Shown here: positions 9,492 to 19,651 of the stretch, one piece after another | Position numbering within the stretch: position 1 is the first letter of the stretch | Layout of the letters: each line of letters opens with the position of its first letter | Source: an uncultured delta proteobacterium | GTDB lineage: Bacteria > Desulfobacterota > Binatia > UBA9968 | Direction: 5' to 3' | Assembly: GCA_963737905.1 (NCBI GenBank) | Contig: CAVTUQ010000008.1 | Span: forward strand, 32,001 to 96,000 | Length of the DNA stretch: 64,000 bases | Notes under the pieces: model-generated | Seen by the model: the letters and a program-made list of their open reading frames with translations, nothing else | What the model was told of the DNA's origin: nothing | Database searches by the model: none | Translations under genes and position numbers: made by a program

Positions 9492-10099
9492 TAGCGGGCC
9501 TCCTGTTGGGCGAGCAGAGCCAGCTCCAGGCGCGAAGCGAAGTATTCGATATTCTCCATCTCCTTTTCCGCGCGTGAGGTAAAATAGTTGTAGGGAATGA
9601 GAGTCAGAATCGCGATGAGCAATCCGGTCGCGGTCGCGATCAGAGCCTCGGCGACTCCCCCTGTCACTGCGTGAGGCTGGCCCAGTCCGGCGTCGGACAT
9701 GATGCCGAAAGAGCTGATCATGCCGGTAATCGTGCCGAGAAGGCCCAAGAGCGGCGCCAAAGTGATGATCGTATCGAGAATCACCAGACGGCGCTTGAGA
9801 ATCGGCATCTCGCCCTGCGCCGCCACTTCCATGGCTTTCGAGTAGGAAGGATTGCGGTGCGCTAGGCCGGCGGTGAGAACCCGCGCGGCTGGCAATGGCG
9901 ACCCCTGACCGTCGGAGAGCGCTTCCTTCAATTTCCCTTGCTCAACCGATGCGAGCATCTGCTCTACCGGCTGCTTCGAGCTGATGCCGCGCCAGTAGAG
10001 AAGGCGTTCTATGGTTACCGCGAGTGAAATGATCGAGCACAAAACCAAGGGGATCATGACCAGCCCCCCTTTGACGACAATGGAAATGATGTCAGACAT
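9491..10099 (-). CDS. exbB: MotA/TolQ/ExbB proton channel
   Basis: GGLVMIPL, APLLGLLGTITGMI and GGVAEALIATATGL; start MSDIIS at 10099. Confidence 0.92.
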   Translation of the reverse strand: MSDIISIVVKGGLVMIPLVLCSIISLAVTIERLLYWRGISSKQPVEQMLASVEQGKLKEALSDGQGSPLPAARVLTAGLAHRNPSYSKAMEVAAQGEMPILKRRLVILDTIITLAPLLGLLGTITGMISSFGIMSDAGLGQPHAVTGGVAEALIATATGLLIAILTLIPYNYFTSRAEKEMENIEYFASRLELALLAQQEAR

Positions 10100-10101
10100 G
10101 G

Positions 10102-10297
10102 CTACTGCAAGAGTCCTTTCTTGTTTTGAATTTCGTGTTCCTGTAATGTCGACACCCAGCCGGTTAGCCAGTCGTTGAAGTTCCACCGCCAAATCAGGAA
10201 AATCATCCTTCAGAATGTGAAGAGAACCGGTGCCGTAGTGCAGATGGACGGTTCCTCTTTCGCAGAGCGCGATTTCCCATCTTCGGTTTTTTTTCAT
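10102..10297 (-). CDS. Small hypothetical protein, VHxHY family, copy 2 (reads in frame into exbB as given; probably a separate gene)
   Basis: GGAGG RBS then MKKNRRWEIALCERGTVHLHYGTGSLHILKDDFPDLAVELQRLANRL; an out-of-frame TAG sits 2 nt before the exbB ATG. Confidence 0.7.
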
Positions 10298-10311
10298 TCT
10301 GGTCCTCCAAC

Positions 10312-10380
10312 AAAAGAGCCCGATACTCCGCCGTGTCTCGACAGGATATCGGGCTCTGGGTTTCAAAACCTCTGGCCGCT
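10312..10380 (-). promoter_or_regulatory. Candidate attenuator RNA element A (two CCAGAG boxes + terminator-like hairpin)
   Basis: Minus strand AGCGGCCAGAGG-TTTTGAAAC-CCAGAGCCCGATA-TCCTGTCG-AGACA-CGGCGGAG-TATCGGGCTCT-TTTG, followed by an RBS. Confidence 0.72.
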
Positions 10381-10405
10381 CAAGATTCGAAATCAAACAT
10401 TTCGG

Positions 10406-10597
10406 CTAAATTTCATTTACCATCTTTGCCGCCCTATCCTTTTCCAGCGGGACGATGATTTGCCTTTTGCATCGCCGGCATTTCAACTCGACTCCTTCCG
10501 GTACCAAGCGCGCCAGCATGCTGCCGCACAGACAACGAAAGGGTTTTATTCCCGGATGATCGTGGCCGGGCTTATCTTGGCCGTGTTGCTTCAACAT
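10406..10597 (-). CDS. Com-like Cys4 metal-ribbon small protein (63 aa)
   Basis: FRCLCGSMLAR...VELKCRRCKR resembles the Mu Com pattern (RC..C..LLA...EIKC.RC); start overlaps the FTR1 3' end. Confidence 0.75.
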   Translation of the reverse strand: MLKQHGQDKPGHDHPGIKPFRCLCGSMLARLVPEGVELKCRRCKRQIIVPLEKDRAAKMVNEI

Positions 10598-12543
10598 AGC
10601 TTTCTTTGTCTCGTGCGGCCTTTTGGTTTTCTCTGGCCATCCAGAACGAAGTCGCTACAAATGCGAGCAGCATCAAACCTTGGGCCGCCAATGTTTCGAG
10701 CGTTGGATATATCCCCAAGAATGGCACCTGCGGAACAAAACCGACCGGCGTGCTCGGAACCCATCCGGCGGCCTGGAGCTCCTTGATCCCATTGCCGGCA
10801 AAAATGAAGGCCATAATATAAAGCAGAGTTCCGGTGGCGCCGAAAAAGTATTTCAGCGGTATGCGCACGCCGAGCTTGAGAATCGCGAAAGTCACTACGA
10901 GCAGAGCCGCCAGACCCGTCTACGAAGCCCCAGACCACCGCGCCACGGTTGCTTTCGTTCTGTAGCCAGAGCGCTTGATAGAACAGCACGACCTCAAAAG
11001 CTTCTCGATACACGGCGAAGAACGAGATGCCCACGAGGCCGAGAATTTTTTTGCCGGAGAGAACGCTTCTTGACTTTATTTTGAATAAACGCCTGCCAGC
11101 GTTTGGCTTCGGTTCGGGTATGAAGCCAATAGCCGACATAAAATAGTGCAACCGCCGCGAACACGGAAATGAAGCCCTCCATGCTCTCGCGATGTTGGCC
11201 GCTAAAAGTCAGTACGGTTTGAGTGGCGATCCAGGTCAGGCCGCCAGCAATCAGCGCGAGGATCCAACCCAGGTGGATATAACGGATCGCCTCACTTGCA
11301 CCCATGACTCTAAGCATCGCCAGAATTGCGGCAAGGATCAGAGCCGCTTCGAGACCTTCTCGTAGAATGATCAGCGCGGAGTTAGTGAAGGAATAATAGT
11401 AGCCGGAAAGACTGTCGTCACGGGCCAGTATCTCGTGACGCCTGATCTAAATTGGCTTCGAGTTCCAGATGGCGTTTCTGAATTTCCTCGGCAGGAAGTC
11501 CTCGTCGGATGGCGTTGCGAAATTCGGTGAATTTTCCCTCGATGCTTCGACCAAAAGAAAGATCTTTCGCAAATAAGGCCGGTTCCGCCAGATCAAACCC
11601 GTCGATATAGGCTTCTACCGATTTTTGATATGCCTTTTCCCTTTCTCCCTTGTTATAGAGCTCGGAGGCTTCACGAAGCAGCGTGCGGGCGACTAGCAGC
11701 GGATCGTTGGGTTTTGTTTCTAGAAGTCCGCGCCGAAGGTAGGCGAGGGCAGCGTTGGCTTGCGACTCTTTGCTCAGCGTAGGGCTTTAGTTTTTCGACA
11801 AGCTGTTCGTCGGAGCTTGTCGCGAGGGTAGGTACGGTTGTTAGATCACTGGTGACATTCTTCGACTGAAGCAGGGAGGCGCCTGCCTTAGCCGAATCCG
11901 CTGAGAAACGAAGGGAAAGAACATAAAAAGCTACTTGCCAGCGCTGATCTTCGCTGAGGGCAGCGAAGGAAGCCATCGCGGTGTTCTCCACCCCGAAGCT
12001 AGCCACGTTGAAAGCCTTGAAAGGAGAGAGCCCGGCCATAAATTCCGCATCGGTAAAATTGGCCGGCGCGGGATTTTTAGGATTCATCGTGGCGCGACTG
12101 GGACCGTCGCCTTTGCCAGTCTCGCCGTGGCACTGCGCGCAGTTCTCCAAATAAATTGCTTTCCCGCTCGCCAGAGACGGAAGCTGTTTGGGGTAGGGAA
12201 CGATATTATAAGTGGCGATCAGTTTTTGTTTGGCACTATTGGCAAGCTCCGCCACCGTTTTTGGGTCGCCCTTGTTGTCAATCTGATTGGCAAGAGACTT
12301 GAGGCTCGGCTCAATGCTGGCCTTATCCGCTTTGTCCGCGGCTTTGAGCTGGTTGAGAAGCTCGACGATCCGCTTGGAGAATTCCTGCATCTCCCCGTAT
12401 TCATCCTGGTTGACGATCTTCCCGTCTTGGACAGCGTTTTTGTAATCGCTGCCCAGGTAATCGAGCAAGGCCACGAGTCTTCTTGCCTCGTCGTCGGCGA
12501 AGGCCATGGAGGCGCCGAATAAAAAAGTCAGAAAAATCACCAC
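10572..12543 (-). CDS. Cytochrome c / FTR1 iron permease fusion (PbrT-like), several frameshifts; true start may be near 12637
   Basis: CAQCH heme motif; REGLE and REAFE FTR1 motifs; GIKELQAAG and GIYPTLE C-terminus; pieces in different frames. Confidence 0.85.
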
Positions 12544-12880
12544 CGCTGATCTATGCGTTACGGCCGGCTCGCGTGAGACGTAACGAACGATTTGATTTGC
12601 TTCGGTTCACAGGCAGTGGTGTCAAAAAAGATCTCATAGAGATTAAGCCTGAGCCGTCAGGAGAAATCGTTTCCTCCTAATCCACGCGCTTAGGCCGTCC
12701 ATGGCGAGCACGACACCAGCATCAACAACGAGATACTGTCCAAACGGCGATATTCGAGCGTTTGAGTCGTGACCTGTCTTGCAGTATTTTCATAGCTTGT
12801 CCTTCTCGCTGCTTGAACTTTTCATCGGCCGGCGTTATAGGGCGAAGAAGAGTCAAGCCGGTTGATGTATCGTCGCTAAA

Positions 12881-12900
12881 AAGTTAGTATCATCTAACTT
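12881..12900. promoter_or_regulatory. Inverted repeat, candidate operator of the DtxR-family repressor
   Basis: AAGTTAG-TATCAT-CTAACTT in the divergent region between the iron operon and the repressor gene. Confidence 0.55.
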
Positions 12901-12941
12901 GAGAAGTTCCTATATTGAAATAAATTTACTTTGTCAACCCC

Positions 12942-13613
12942 ATGTCAAGCTCTAAGGTTACTCAAGCTATCGAGGACTATCTCCGGACCATTTATGCTCT
13001 TGAAGAAGAGGTCCAGCCGGTGATTGCCGCGCGGGTCGCGGAGGAAGTAGGCGTTACGCCGTCGACGATGGTGAGTACGCTACGCCGATTGGAAGGCGAG
13101 GGTTATCTAAAGGTCATTCGGCGCAAGGAGATTCATTTGACCGCCGAGGGCAAACAAGTCGCAGAAAGGATTCTGCGCCGCCATTTTCTTCTGGAGCGCT
13201 TCTTGACAGATCTGTTGGGATTGGATTGGGTGAAAGCGCACCAAGAAGCCCATCGCCTCGAACACGCTCTATCGCAGGAAGTGGAGGACCGACTGGCCAA
13301 ACTGCTCGGCTATCCGACGACCTGCCCGCACGGCAATCCCATTCCAAGCAAAGACTCACAGAAGCCGCCGAAGAGCAGAGGGACTCCCTTGCATAGTATC
13401 GCGGCTGGGAAAGAGGTCGAGTTGGATTACATCACCGAGGGTGGGGAGCGAGATGCGCGACTTTTGGGTTTCATGCAAGAGCACGGGCTCGTCCCGGGCA
13501 CCAAGGTTCGCGTGCTCGACGTAGCGCCGTCAATGGGAGTGATGAGCCTAAAAGTCGGCCAAGACGAATTTTCCCTCGGCATCGAAGCCGCCAAAAAGAT
13601 TCGTGTCCATTAA
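12942..13613 (+). CDS. DtxR/MntR/IdeR-family metal-dependent repressor with FeoA-like C-terminal domain
   Basis: EDYLRTIY, HTH, RRHFLLERFL, EAHRLEH and CPHGNPIP motifs. Confidence 0.93.
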   Translation: MSSSKVTQAIEDYLRTIYALEEEVQPVIAARVAEEVGVTPSTMVSTLRRLEGEGYLKVIRRKEIHLTAEGKQVAERILRRHFLLERFLTDLLGLDWVKAHQEAHRLEHALSQEVEDRLAKLLGYPTTCPHGNPIPSKDSQKPPKSRGTPLHSIAAGKEVELDYITEGGERDARLLGFMQEHGLVPGTKVRVLDVAPSMGVMSLKVGQDEFSLGIEAAKKIRVH

Positions 13614-13657
13614 ATAAACAAAGTAAATGACTCAGCCCGACGGTGATCCGTCGTCGA

Positions 13658-13924
13658 TCAGGCCTCGGCAGGATTGTCGGGGTTTCGATCGGAGTCAGGG
13701 TTTTCGCGCTGACGCTGAGCCAACTCAGCCGAAAGAAAATCGATCTGGTCGCTAATCGGCGCGTCGCGGTCGATCAAGATCAGCTCCTGCCCGTTAACAC
13801 GGCAACGCCCGCTTCGAGCCCGATAGCCAACCTCCCGCAGTAATTTTTCCGTGCGAACCTCGATGTTCATTTGTCTGGCGGCGCTAATCAACTCGCTCAA
13901 CCGCGACTCGTGCTTTTGTCCCAT
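13658..13924 (-). CDS. Hypothetical protein (88 aa)
   Basis: ATG start with GAGG upstream; protein-like composition (IEVRTEKL..GRCRVNG..LILID). Confidence 0.6.
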   Translation of the reverse strand: MGQKHESRLSELISAARQMNIEVRTEKLLREVGYRARSGRCRVNGQELILIDRDAPISDQIDFLSAELAQRQRENPDSDRNPDNPAEA

Positions 13925-14080
13925 TGCTCAACCTCGAGTAGGATATTTCCAGTATCTCTTATCGAAGCGTGTTTGTAAATCGGCGCGGCGCTGATTAGCT
14001 TGCAAAATCATCGCATGTTGCTATCGTAGCGACGGCTTCCACAAAGGCTTACCCTGCGGGCAATCGTTTCAGGAGGGGCG

Positions 14081-14916
14081 ATGATCAAAAACATTTTGAT
14101 TCCTCTCGACGGTTCGGAGCACTCCACGGCCGCGCTCGATTATGGCATGTGGATGGCGGAAAAGTTTAACGGCACGCTCTTTGGACAGCACGTCATCGAC
14201 ACGATCTCAATTGAGGGCACCTTTTTTCACGATATTTCGGGCTCTCTCGGATTCGAACCCTACCTCGACTTTTCGACGAAGATGCGTGAGGTGTTGGAAG
14301 AGCGGGGCAAAGTCATCCTCGAAGATTTTTCCGAGCGATGCCGCAATCGGAAGATCAAACATCAGACCTTTCTGGATATGGGCCTCATTGCCAACGAGAT
14401 CTGCGAGCGTTCCAAAGTTGCCGACCTTGTCATTATCGGCCATCGCGGAATCAACGAGGAATTCTCCACCGGCCTGCTCGGTACAACTGCTGAAAGCATA
14501 ACGCGGAAGTGTCCCCGTCCCGTCTTCGTTTCGACGAAAAAGTTTACCGCCATCGCGCGTCCTTTGTTGCTTATGATGGCAGTCAGCGGGCGAGTTCGGC
14601 CATGGAGTCGGCGGCGGAGTTTTGCACGGTGCTTGGTCTCCCCTTGACCGTTCTCACCATCGCCAAAGAGGAGCAGTTGGCGGGAGCCATCGTCCAGCAA
14701 GCGAAGTCCTATCTGAGTTCTTACGCGATCGAAAGCCGTTATGAGATTGACCGTGGCTATCCAGAGCAGAAGATCATCGATTATCTGACCAAGTTCGATT
14801 ACGATATCCTGTTTATCGGCGCCTATGGGCACCGACGCATTATCGAAATGGTCTTGGGCAGCACAACCGAGTACGTCCTCAGAAAAAGCCCCTGCCCGGT
14901 TTTCTTGAATCGATAA
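14081..14916 (+). CDS. Tandem universal stress protein (UspA x2), frameshift near 14565
   Basis: ILIPLDGS, DLVIIGHRG, LLGTTAE; second domain VAYDGS, GAYGH, VLGSTTEYVLR..PCPV. Confidence 0.88.
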
Positions 14917-14941
14917 ACGGCCAGTCACTGAGAGTGAGGAA

Positions 14942-15748
14942 ATGAAATTTCTGGCGGCCGCGGTGCAAATGGTAGCGTCCAGCGACAAAGCGAACAATCT
15001 GGATGAAGCCAGGCGCTGGGTCTGTGCCGCGGCATCCAAGGGGGCCCGGGTCATCGCGCTTCCTGAAGTCTTCATTTGGCGCGGTCACAAGAGCGATGAG
15101 AGAAAGTCCGCAGAACCGATTCCCGGACCCACCTCTCAGGAATTGGCCAGCCTTGCCCGAGAGCTCGGTATTTATCTAGTCGGGGGCTCGATCCTCGAGG
15201 AAATCCCCGGCAACGAGAAGGTTTACAACACAAGCCTTCTGTTTGGACCCAAGGGAGAGCGGCTGGCAAGTTATCGAAAGATTCATCTGTTCGACGTCGA
15301 TCTGGCGCAAGGAGTTTCGGTCCGGGAATCCGACACCCGCGCGTTCGGTAATACCATCGTCGTTGCCGAAACCGAATTATGCCGGATGGGCCTGACCGTA
15401 TGTTACGATCTTCGTTTTCCTGAACTCTACCGCGGGCTCGCGACGCGCGGCGCGCAGTTAATCTTTGTCCCGTCCGCCTTTACCGCCTATACAGGTCGAG
15501 CACATTGGGAGCCCCTGCTGCGCGCGCGCGCCATCGAAAATCAAGTCTACGTCATCGCCCCGGCTCAGTTCGGGAAAAGTGCGAGGAGCTTCGAGACCTA
15601 CGGCCATTCAATGATCGTCGATCCCTGGGGAAAGATCTTGGCCGAACTCCCCGACGGTCCGGGCTTCGTCACAGCCGAAGTCGATCTGGATTATCTCGGC
15701 AAGGTGCGCCGAGAATTACCGGCGCTCTCCCACCGCAAGCTGGTGTAA
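14942..15748 (+). CDS. Carbon-nitrogen hydrolase (Nit1-like amidase)
   Basis: Catalytic E (LPE), K (YRKIHLFD) and C (CYDLRFPE); ARAIENQ. Confidence 0.92.
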   Translation: MKFLAAAVQMVASSDKANNLDEARRWVCAAASKGARVIALPEVFIWRGHKSDERKSAEPIPGPTSQELASLARELGIYLVGGSILEEIPGNEKVYNTSLLFGPKGERLASYRKIHLFDVDLAQGVSVRESDTRAFGNTIVVAETELCRMGLTVCYDLRFPELYRGLATRGAQLIFVPSAFTAYTGRAHWEPLLRARAIENQVYVIAPAQFGKSARSFETYGHSMIVDPWGKILAELPDGPGFVTAEVDLDYLGKVRRELPALSHRKLV

Positions 15749-15890
15749 CTCACGCTTCAGAAGTTTCTCGCAATGAAACCAAGGGGGCTTACTGTAATCT
15801 TGAATAATATATTAAACCCAAAGCTCCTTCCTAACTAACGTCCGGCGATCTTCGGTGGGTGGGCTTCTCGCCTCCAAGCAGTGATTGGGT

Positions 15891-17312
15891 TCAGGGCGCG
15901 TGGGCGCGATGGTGGTGTCGCATTGTGCGCAGGCGTTCCTTGTCGACCTTTCCGCCTACGAAGAGTATGGCGACCACCACCCCGCAGACCGCGAGCACGG
16001 CGTCCACCAAAAACGCCCTGTGGATTCCTTCCACTAACGACCCGGCCGTCACAACCAGCGCCGTATTCAAGCCGAGGCCGATGGAACCGCCGGCGATCTG
16101 AAACATGTAGATGATCCCTCCGGCGAGGCTCGAGCGCGACGGATCCAGGGCTGTCACCGCCGCGGTGGTGATCGAGGAGTAAAAGAGGCCGACCCCGATG
16201 CCGAGGACAATCATGCCTGCAACGAGGCCTTCATACGTTGTCGTTGACCGGACCAATGACAGCATAAAGATACCGACGGCAAGGAAAACGGCACCCAGCG
16301 ACACAATCAATTTCGGCCCCATTCGTTCGTAAAGCGGGCCGGCCACGAAGGACGTCACGGCAAACGTACCCATCATCGGCAACAAGCCCGCCCCCGATGC
16401 CGCGGCGGAGTAGCCGAGCACTTTGGTCATGAACTGTGGCAAGTAGAGTAACGCGGCAAAGAAAATCGCCGACATCAGCAGTACCGCTATACACGCGGCG
16501 AGAAAGGCGCGATTCTTGAGCACATCGTTGGGCACAAGCGCCATCGCGCCGGCGCGTCGCTCGATCACTATGAACAATAAAAGCGCTACGGCGGAGACTA
16601 CGAAGAGGGCAACGATCAGCGGGTCGCTCCACCCCAGGTCGATTCCCTCGTCGAGTGCGAATAGAAGCGCGAGGAGGCCAATAGAGAGCGAAACGACCCC
16701 GCCGTAGTCTATGCGGTGATCGGAGAGCGTGCCTTGATCCGCGTGGACGACGCGCCAGGTGACTAGCATGGCGAACGCGGCGATGGGAAGGTTTAGGTAA
16801 AAGATCCAGCGCCAACTGAGCGCGTCGGTCAGGGCGCCTCCGATAAGAGGTCCAATCGCATTCCCGAAACCCGCCGCACCCAGAATTAGGCCGCCGGCTA
16901 GGCCCGCTTTGCTCTGGGGCAAGATCGCATAGGTCATGCCTAGTATGGCCGGCCACATCATGGCGCCGCCCACTCCCATCAGCGCACGGCAGGCCAGAAG
17001 TATTCCGACGTTCGGCGCGAAGCCGCCGATCATTGAGAAGACGGCAAAGAGGCCAGCACCGAGCAAAAATATCCGCCGCCGGCCGAACATGTCGGCGAGG
17101 CGGCCGCCGGTGACGATCAGCACGCCGAACACCAACGCGTAGCCGTTGATAATCCACTGCACCGTTGTAACATCGGCCCCGAAATCCTGTTCCATTGCCG
17201 GGAGCGCGACGCTCAAGGCGGTGAAGTCGTTGGCGACGACAAGGACGGCCAATGCCATTGCGGCGAGGCCCAGTATTGTCGATTTGTTGAGCCGATCTTC
17301 AGTCTGCGTCAT
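15891..17312 (-). CDS. MFS drug/metabolite transporter (DHA2-type)
   Basis: GGRLADMFGRRR motif A, WRWIFYLNLP, about 14 hydrophobic segments. Confidence 0.9.
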   Translation of the reverse strand: MTQTEDRLNKSTILGLAAMALAVLVVANDFTALSVALPAMEQDFGADVTTVQWIINGYALVFGVLIVTGGRLADMFGRRRIFLLGAGLFAVFSMIGGFAPNVGILLACRALMGVGGAMMWPAILGMTYAILPQSKAGLAGGLILGAAGFGNAIGPLIGGALTDALSWRWIFYLNLPIAAFAMLVTWRVVHADQGTLSDHRIDYGGVVSLSIGLLALLFALDEGIDLGWSDPLIVALFVVSAVALLLFIVIERRAGAMALVPNDVLKNRAFLAACIAVLLMSAIFFAALLYLPQFMTKVLGYSAAASGAGLLPMMGTFAVTSFVAGPLYERMGPKLIVSLGAVFLAVGIFMLSLVRSTTTYEGLVAGMIVLGIGVGLFYSSITTAAVTALDPSRSSLAGGIIYMFQIAGGSIGLGLNTALVVTAGSLVEGIHRAFLVDAVLAVCGVVVAILFVGGKVDKERLRTMRHHHRAHAP

Positions 17313-17471
17313 ATGCCCTTGTGCGTGTCTTGAGCTGATCGCTGGTGCCAAAAGAGTGGAGTTCAAACGCCCAGAATTGGACGAGGCGAGGTTTCGTCCG
17401 CAGCGGCTACCATTCCGAGATCGCTTAACTTGTCCGCTGTCCTTGGCTCTCCTGTCATTTTACTAACCGAA

Positions 17472-17948
17472 CTACCCTACGGCATTCAGGACCTTCCCCC
17501 CAACTTCGACCGGCTTGGAGTCGATAAGGATGAAAGCGATCACACAAGGCTGGGTGCCGCGGTTGACCCAATTATGGATCGTTCCGCGCTGCACGAGCAC
17601 ATCGCCCGCCTTCAGATGGACCACCGAGTCCGTGAGCTCCATGTCGATCTCGCCCGACACGACGACGGCATAGTCGATTGAATCCGTCCTGTGGTTTCGC
17701 GGCGCCACACCCGGCGCGAACTCGACGACGCGAAAAACCGTTCCGTTCTTCAGGGTCGTGCCGACCCGCCTCAGTCCCTCGTCGGCATCGCCGCTGTTGT
17801 TTACCGGAAAAGACTCCGTGGTCCAGACGACACAGGCCGTCTGTGCCGGCCGGCTCGAGGTGATGTTCTTGGAAACTTCGTCAATCTTGACGACCGCGCG
17901 GCCGTTTGCATCGTGTCCGGTCACTACTCGTCGTACTTGAACTGGCAT
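17472..17948 (-). CDS. Cupin domain protein
   Basis: RRVVTGHD, HRTDSIDYAVVVSGE and GDVLVQRGTIHNW motifs. Confidence 0.88.
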   Translation of the reverse strand: MPVQVRRVVTGHDANGRAVVKIDEVSKNITSSRPAQTACVVWTTESFPVNNSGDADEGLRRVGTTLKNGTVFRVVEFAPGVAPRNHRTDSIDYAVVVSGEIDMELTDSVVHLKAGDVLVQRGTIHNWVNRGTQPCVIAFILIDSKPVEVGGKVLNAVG

Positions 17949-18158
17949 CGTTTTCTACCTCCCTGACCTTGGTTAGTATAACGCTGTGGGGTTATGGTCT
18001 CGGCCTGGATGTCATGATACTCGTGCAGCAGCATGACTCGGCTGCCTAACTTGCGATTGGCAGGAGCCTATTTCGTCCGCATTCTCACGTCAAGCTAGCG
18101 CACTACGAGGCTCAAAATGGTCATGAGATCTTCTAGGAGAGCCGGAGCCCAAAACCTC

Positions 18159-19166
18159 TTAACGCAGGAGCACCAAGGCGACTGCCACAAGCGCGGCAAT
18201 GAGGGCAGTGCAGGCTAGCCCGAGCGCCGTCAGTATTGCGGTCCGCCACCGCGCCTCCACCTTTCGCCACACATTAACGGGATCGGGTGCTGCAACACCG
18301 TCCTCGGCGAAGAGCGACTGCCGCATGATGGCCTTTGCCGAGAGTACCTCTTCCGTGGCACATTCGAAATGCCGCTGGCTTATACGCTTGCCTAGGTCGG
18401 GGCCTGGTTCGGCCGCAGCTGCGGCGGCGGCTTTGATGACCGCATTCTTGATATTGCCGCCGCTCATAACGTACTGCTCAGCGAGCCGGCGGAAATCCAC
18501 GTCCGGTGCCAGCGGCGTCTTTTTCGGATGAACCTGCAGCTCCCAGATCCGCTCACGCTCTTCCACTCCCGGCATCTCAAACAGCACATGGGTTCGGATA
18601 CGACGCTCAAATGCCGGGTCAAAGTTCGCCGCTAGATTGGTTGCAAAGATCACAATGCCGTTAAACGCCTCCAACTCGCGGAGGAGAATGTTGACGGTCA
18701 AGTTGGCTTCACGGTCAGAGCGCAAGGGAGCGCCAGCTGAGCGTCGCGTCGCGATCGCATCAGCTTCGTCAAAGAAGAGGACGGCGTTTTGCTCGACCGC
18801 CGCCCGAAATGCAGCGACTATGTTTTTTGGAGTCTCGCCTATCCACATCGACTCTGCCTCGGCATAGTCGACCACGAGAAGCTTCATGCCGAGCTCATGC
18901 GCGATAGCCTCGGCGCAGATCGTCTTTCCAGTCCCCGGCGGCCCCGCAAAGTTAAATGCTAACCCGAGTCCTGACGTGTGCCGCTCGCCTAGACCCCAGC
19001 GGGAAAAAATCAGGGTGTGATTGCGAACTTGGGCCAACGCCTGCTCCAAGGTGCGCCGGGTTTGAGGCGGGAGAACAACTTCCGCCAATGTGCGCTCCGG
19101 CGTGACGGTTTCCAGTACTCGTCGCGAAGCGAGACTCGTAAAGAACGAAATTAGAGGACTCGTCAT
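18159..19166 (-). CDS. AAA+ ATPase with C-terminal membrane anchor
   Basis: Walker A GPPGTGKT, Walker B FFDEAD, ATN..DPAFERR, SGGNIKN; hydrophobic C-terminus. Confidence 0.85.
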   Translation of the reverse strand: MTSPLISFFTSLASRRVLETVTPERTLAEVVLPPQTRRTLEQALAQVRNHTLIFSRWGLGERHTSGLGLAFNFAGPPGTGKTICAEAIAHELGMKLLVVDYAEAESMWIGETPKNIVAAFRAAVEQNAVLFFDEADAIATRRSAGAPLRSDREANLTVNILLRELEAFNGIVIFATNLAANFDPAFERRIRTHVLFEMPGVEERERIWELQVHPKKTPLAPDVDFRRLAEQYVMSGGNIKNAVIKAAAAAAAEPGPDLGKRISQRHFECATEEVLSAKAIMRQSLFAEDGVAAPDPVNVWRKVEARWRTAILTALGLACTALIAALVAVALVLLR

Positions 19167-19651
19167 ACCTGGTTCCGATCAGATCGGTCGGCCGGCTGCA
19201 TATTCAGATCCGGGCTTCCAAGATTCTCTACGCGGTTTGTAGAGAATTTCCAGTATTCCGCCAATTTGTTGTGACTTGAAGATTCTCCATGCAGGGCGTA
19301 GGGAATCTCTGCGCACTAAAAAGCCTGTGGTATTTCAGGGTTTTTGGCCAACCGCAATGTATTCTTCATCATAGTCACCATAACATCGGTGACAGCCTTT
19401 GCGAAACTCCTCGGCCGTAACGGCGCATAGAGCGGCATCTATAAAATCGACGCTTCGAGATTATGGGTAACGTAGCCCGGCTCACCAGAGCGCGCGACGG
19501 AATTTTGCGCTGCCTCTCTCGGCCATTGGCAAACGATTGCGTGGGGAAAGTTCTCGATGCCGATTAAGCTATAATGTCCGCTCCGTCGGGTAAACAGGCG
19601 ACGTTATCTACATCGGCCAATCTTTCACGACTCAATGCAGGCAAGCTGTTT

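Noticed and set aside
9491-10396. 301-aa ExbB with a long N-terminal fusion
   Set aside because: First 33 codons span the RNA element. The next segment is homologous to a free-standing gene, and an out-of-frame TAG precedes the exbB ATG, so an indel is more likely than a true fusion, though fusion is not excluded
2707-12543. Programmed frameshifting or phase variation in iron genes
   Set aside because: Breaks are too numerous, lack consistent slippery or SSR motifs, and also occur in conserved yggS
12640-12795. Possible small membrane peptide upstream of the FTR1 gene
   Set aside because: Requires a frameshift to assemble and has no recognisable family
18159-19166. AAA ATPase as part of a contractile injection or defence system
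   Set aside because: No sheath, tube, baseplate, nuclease or protease genes nearby
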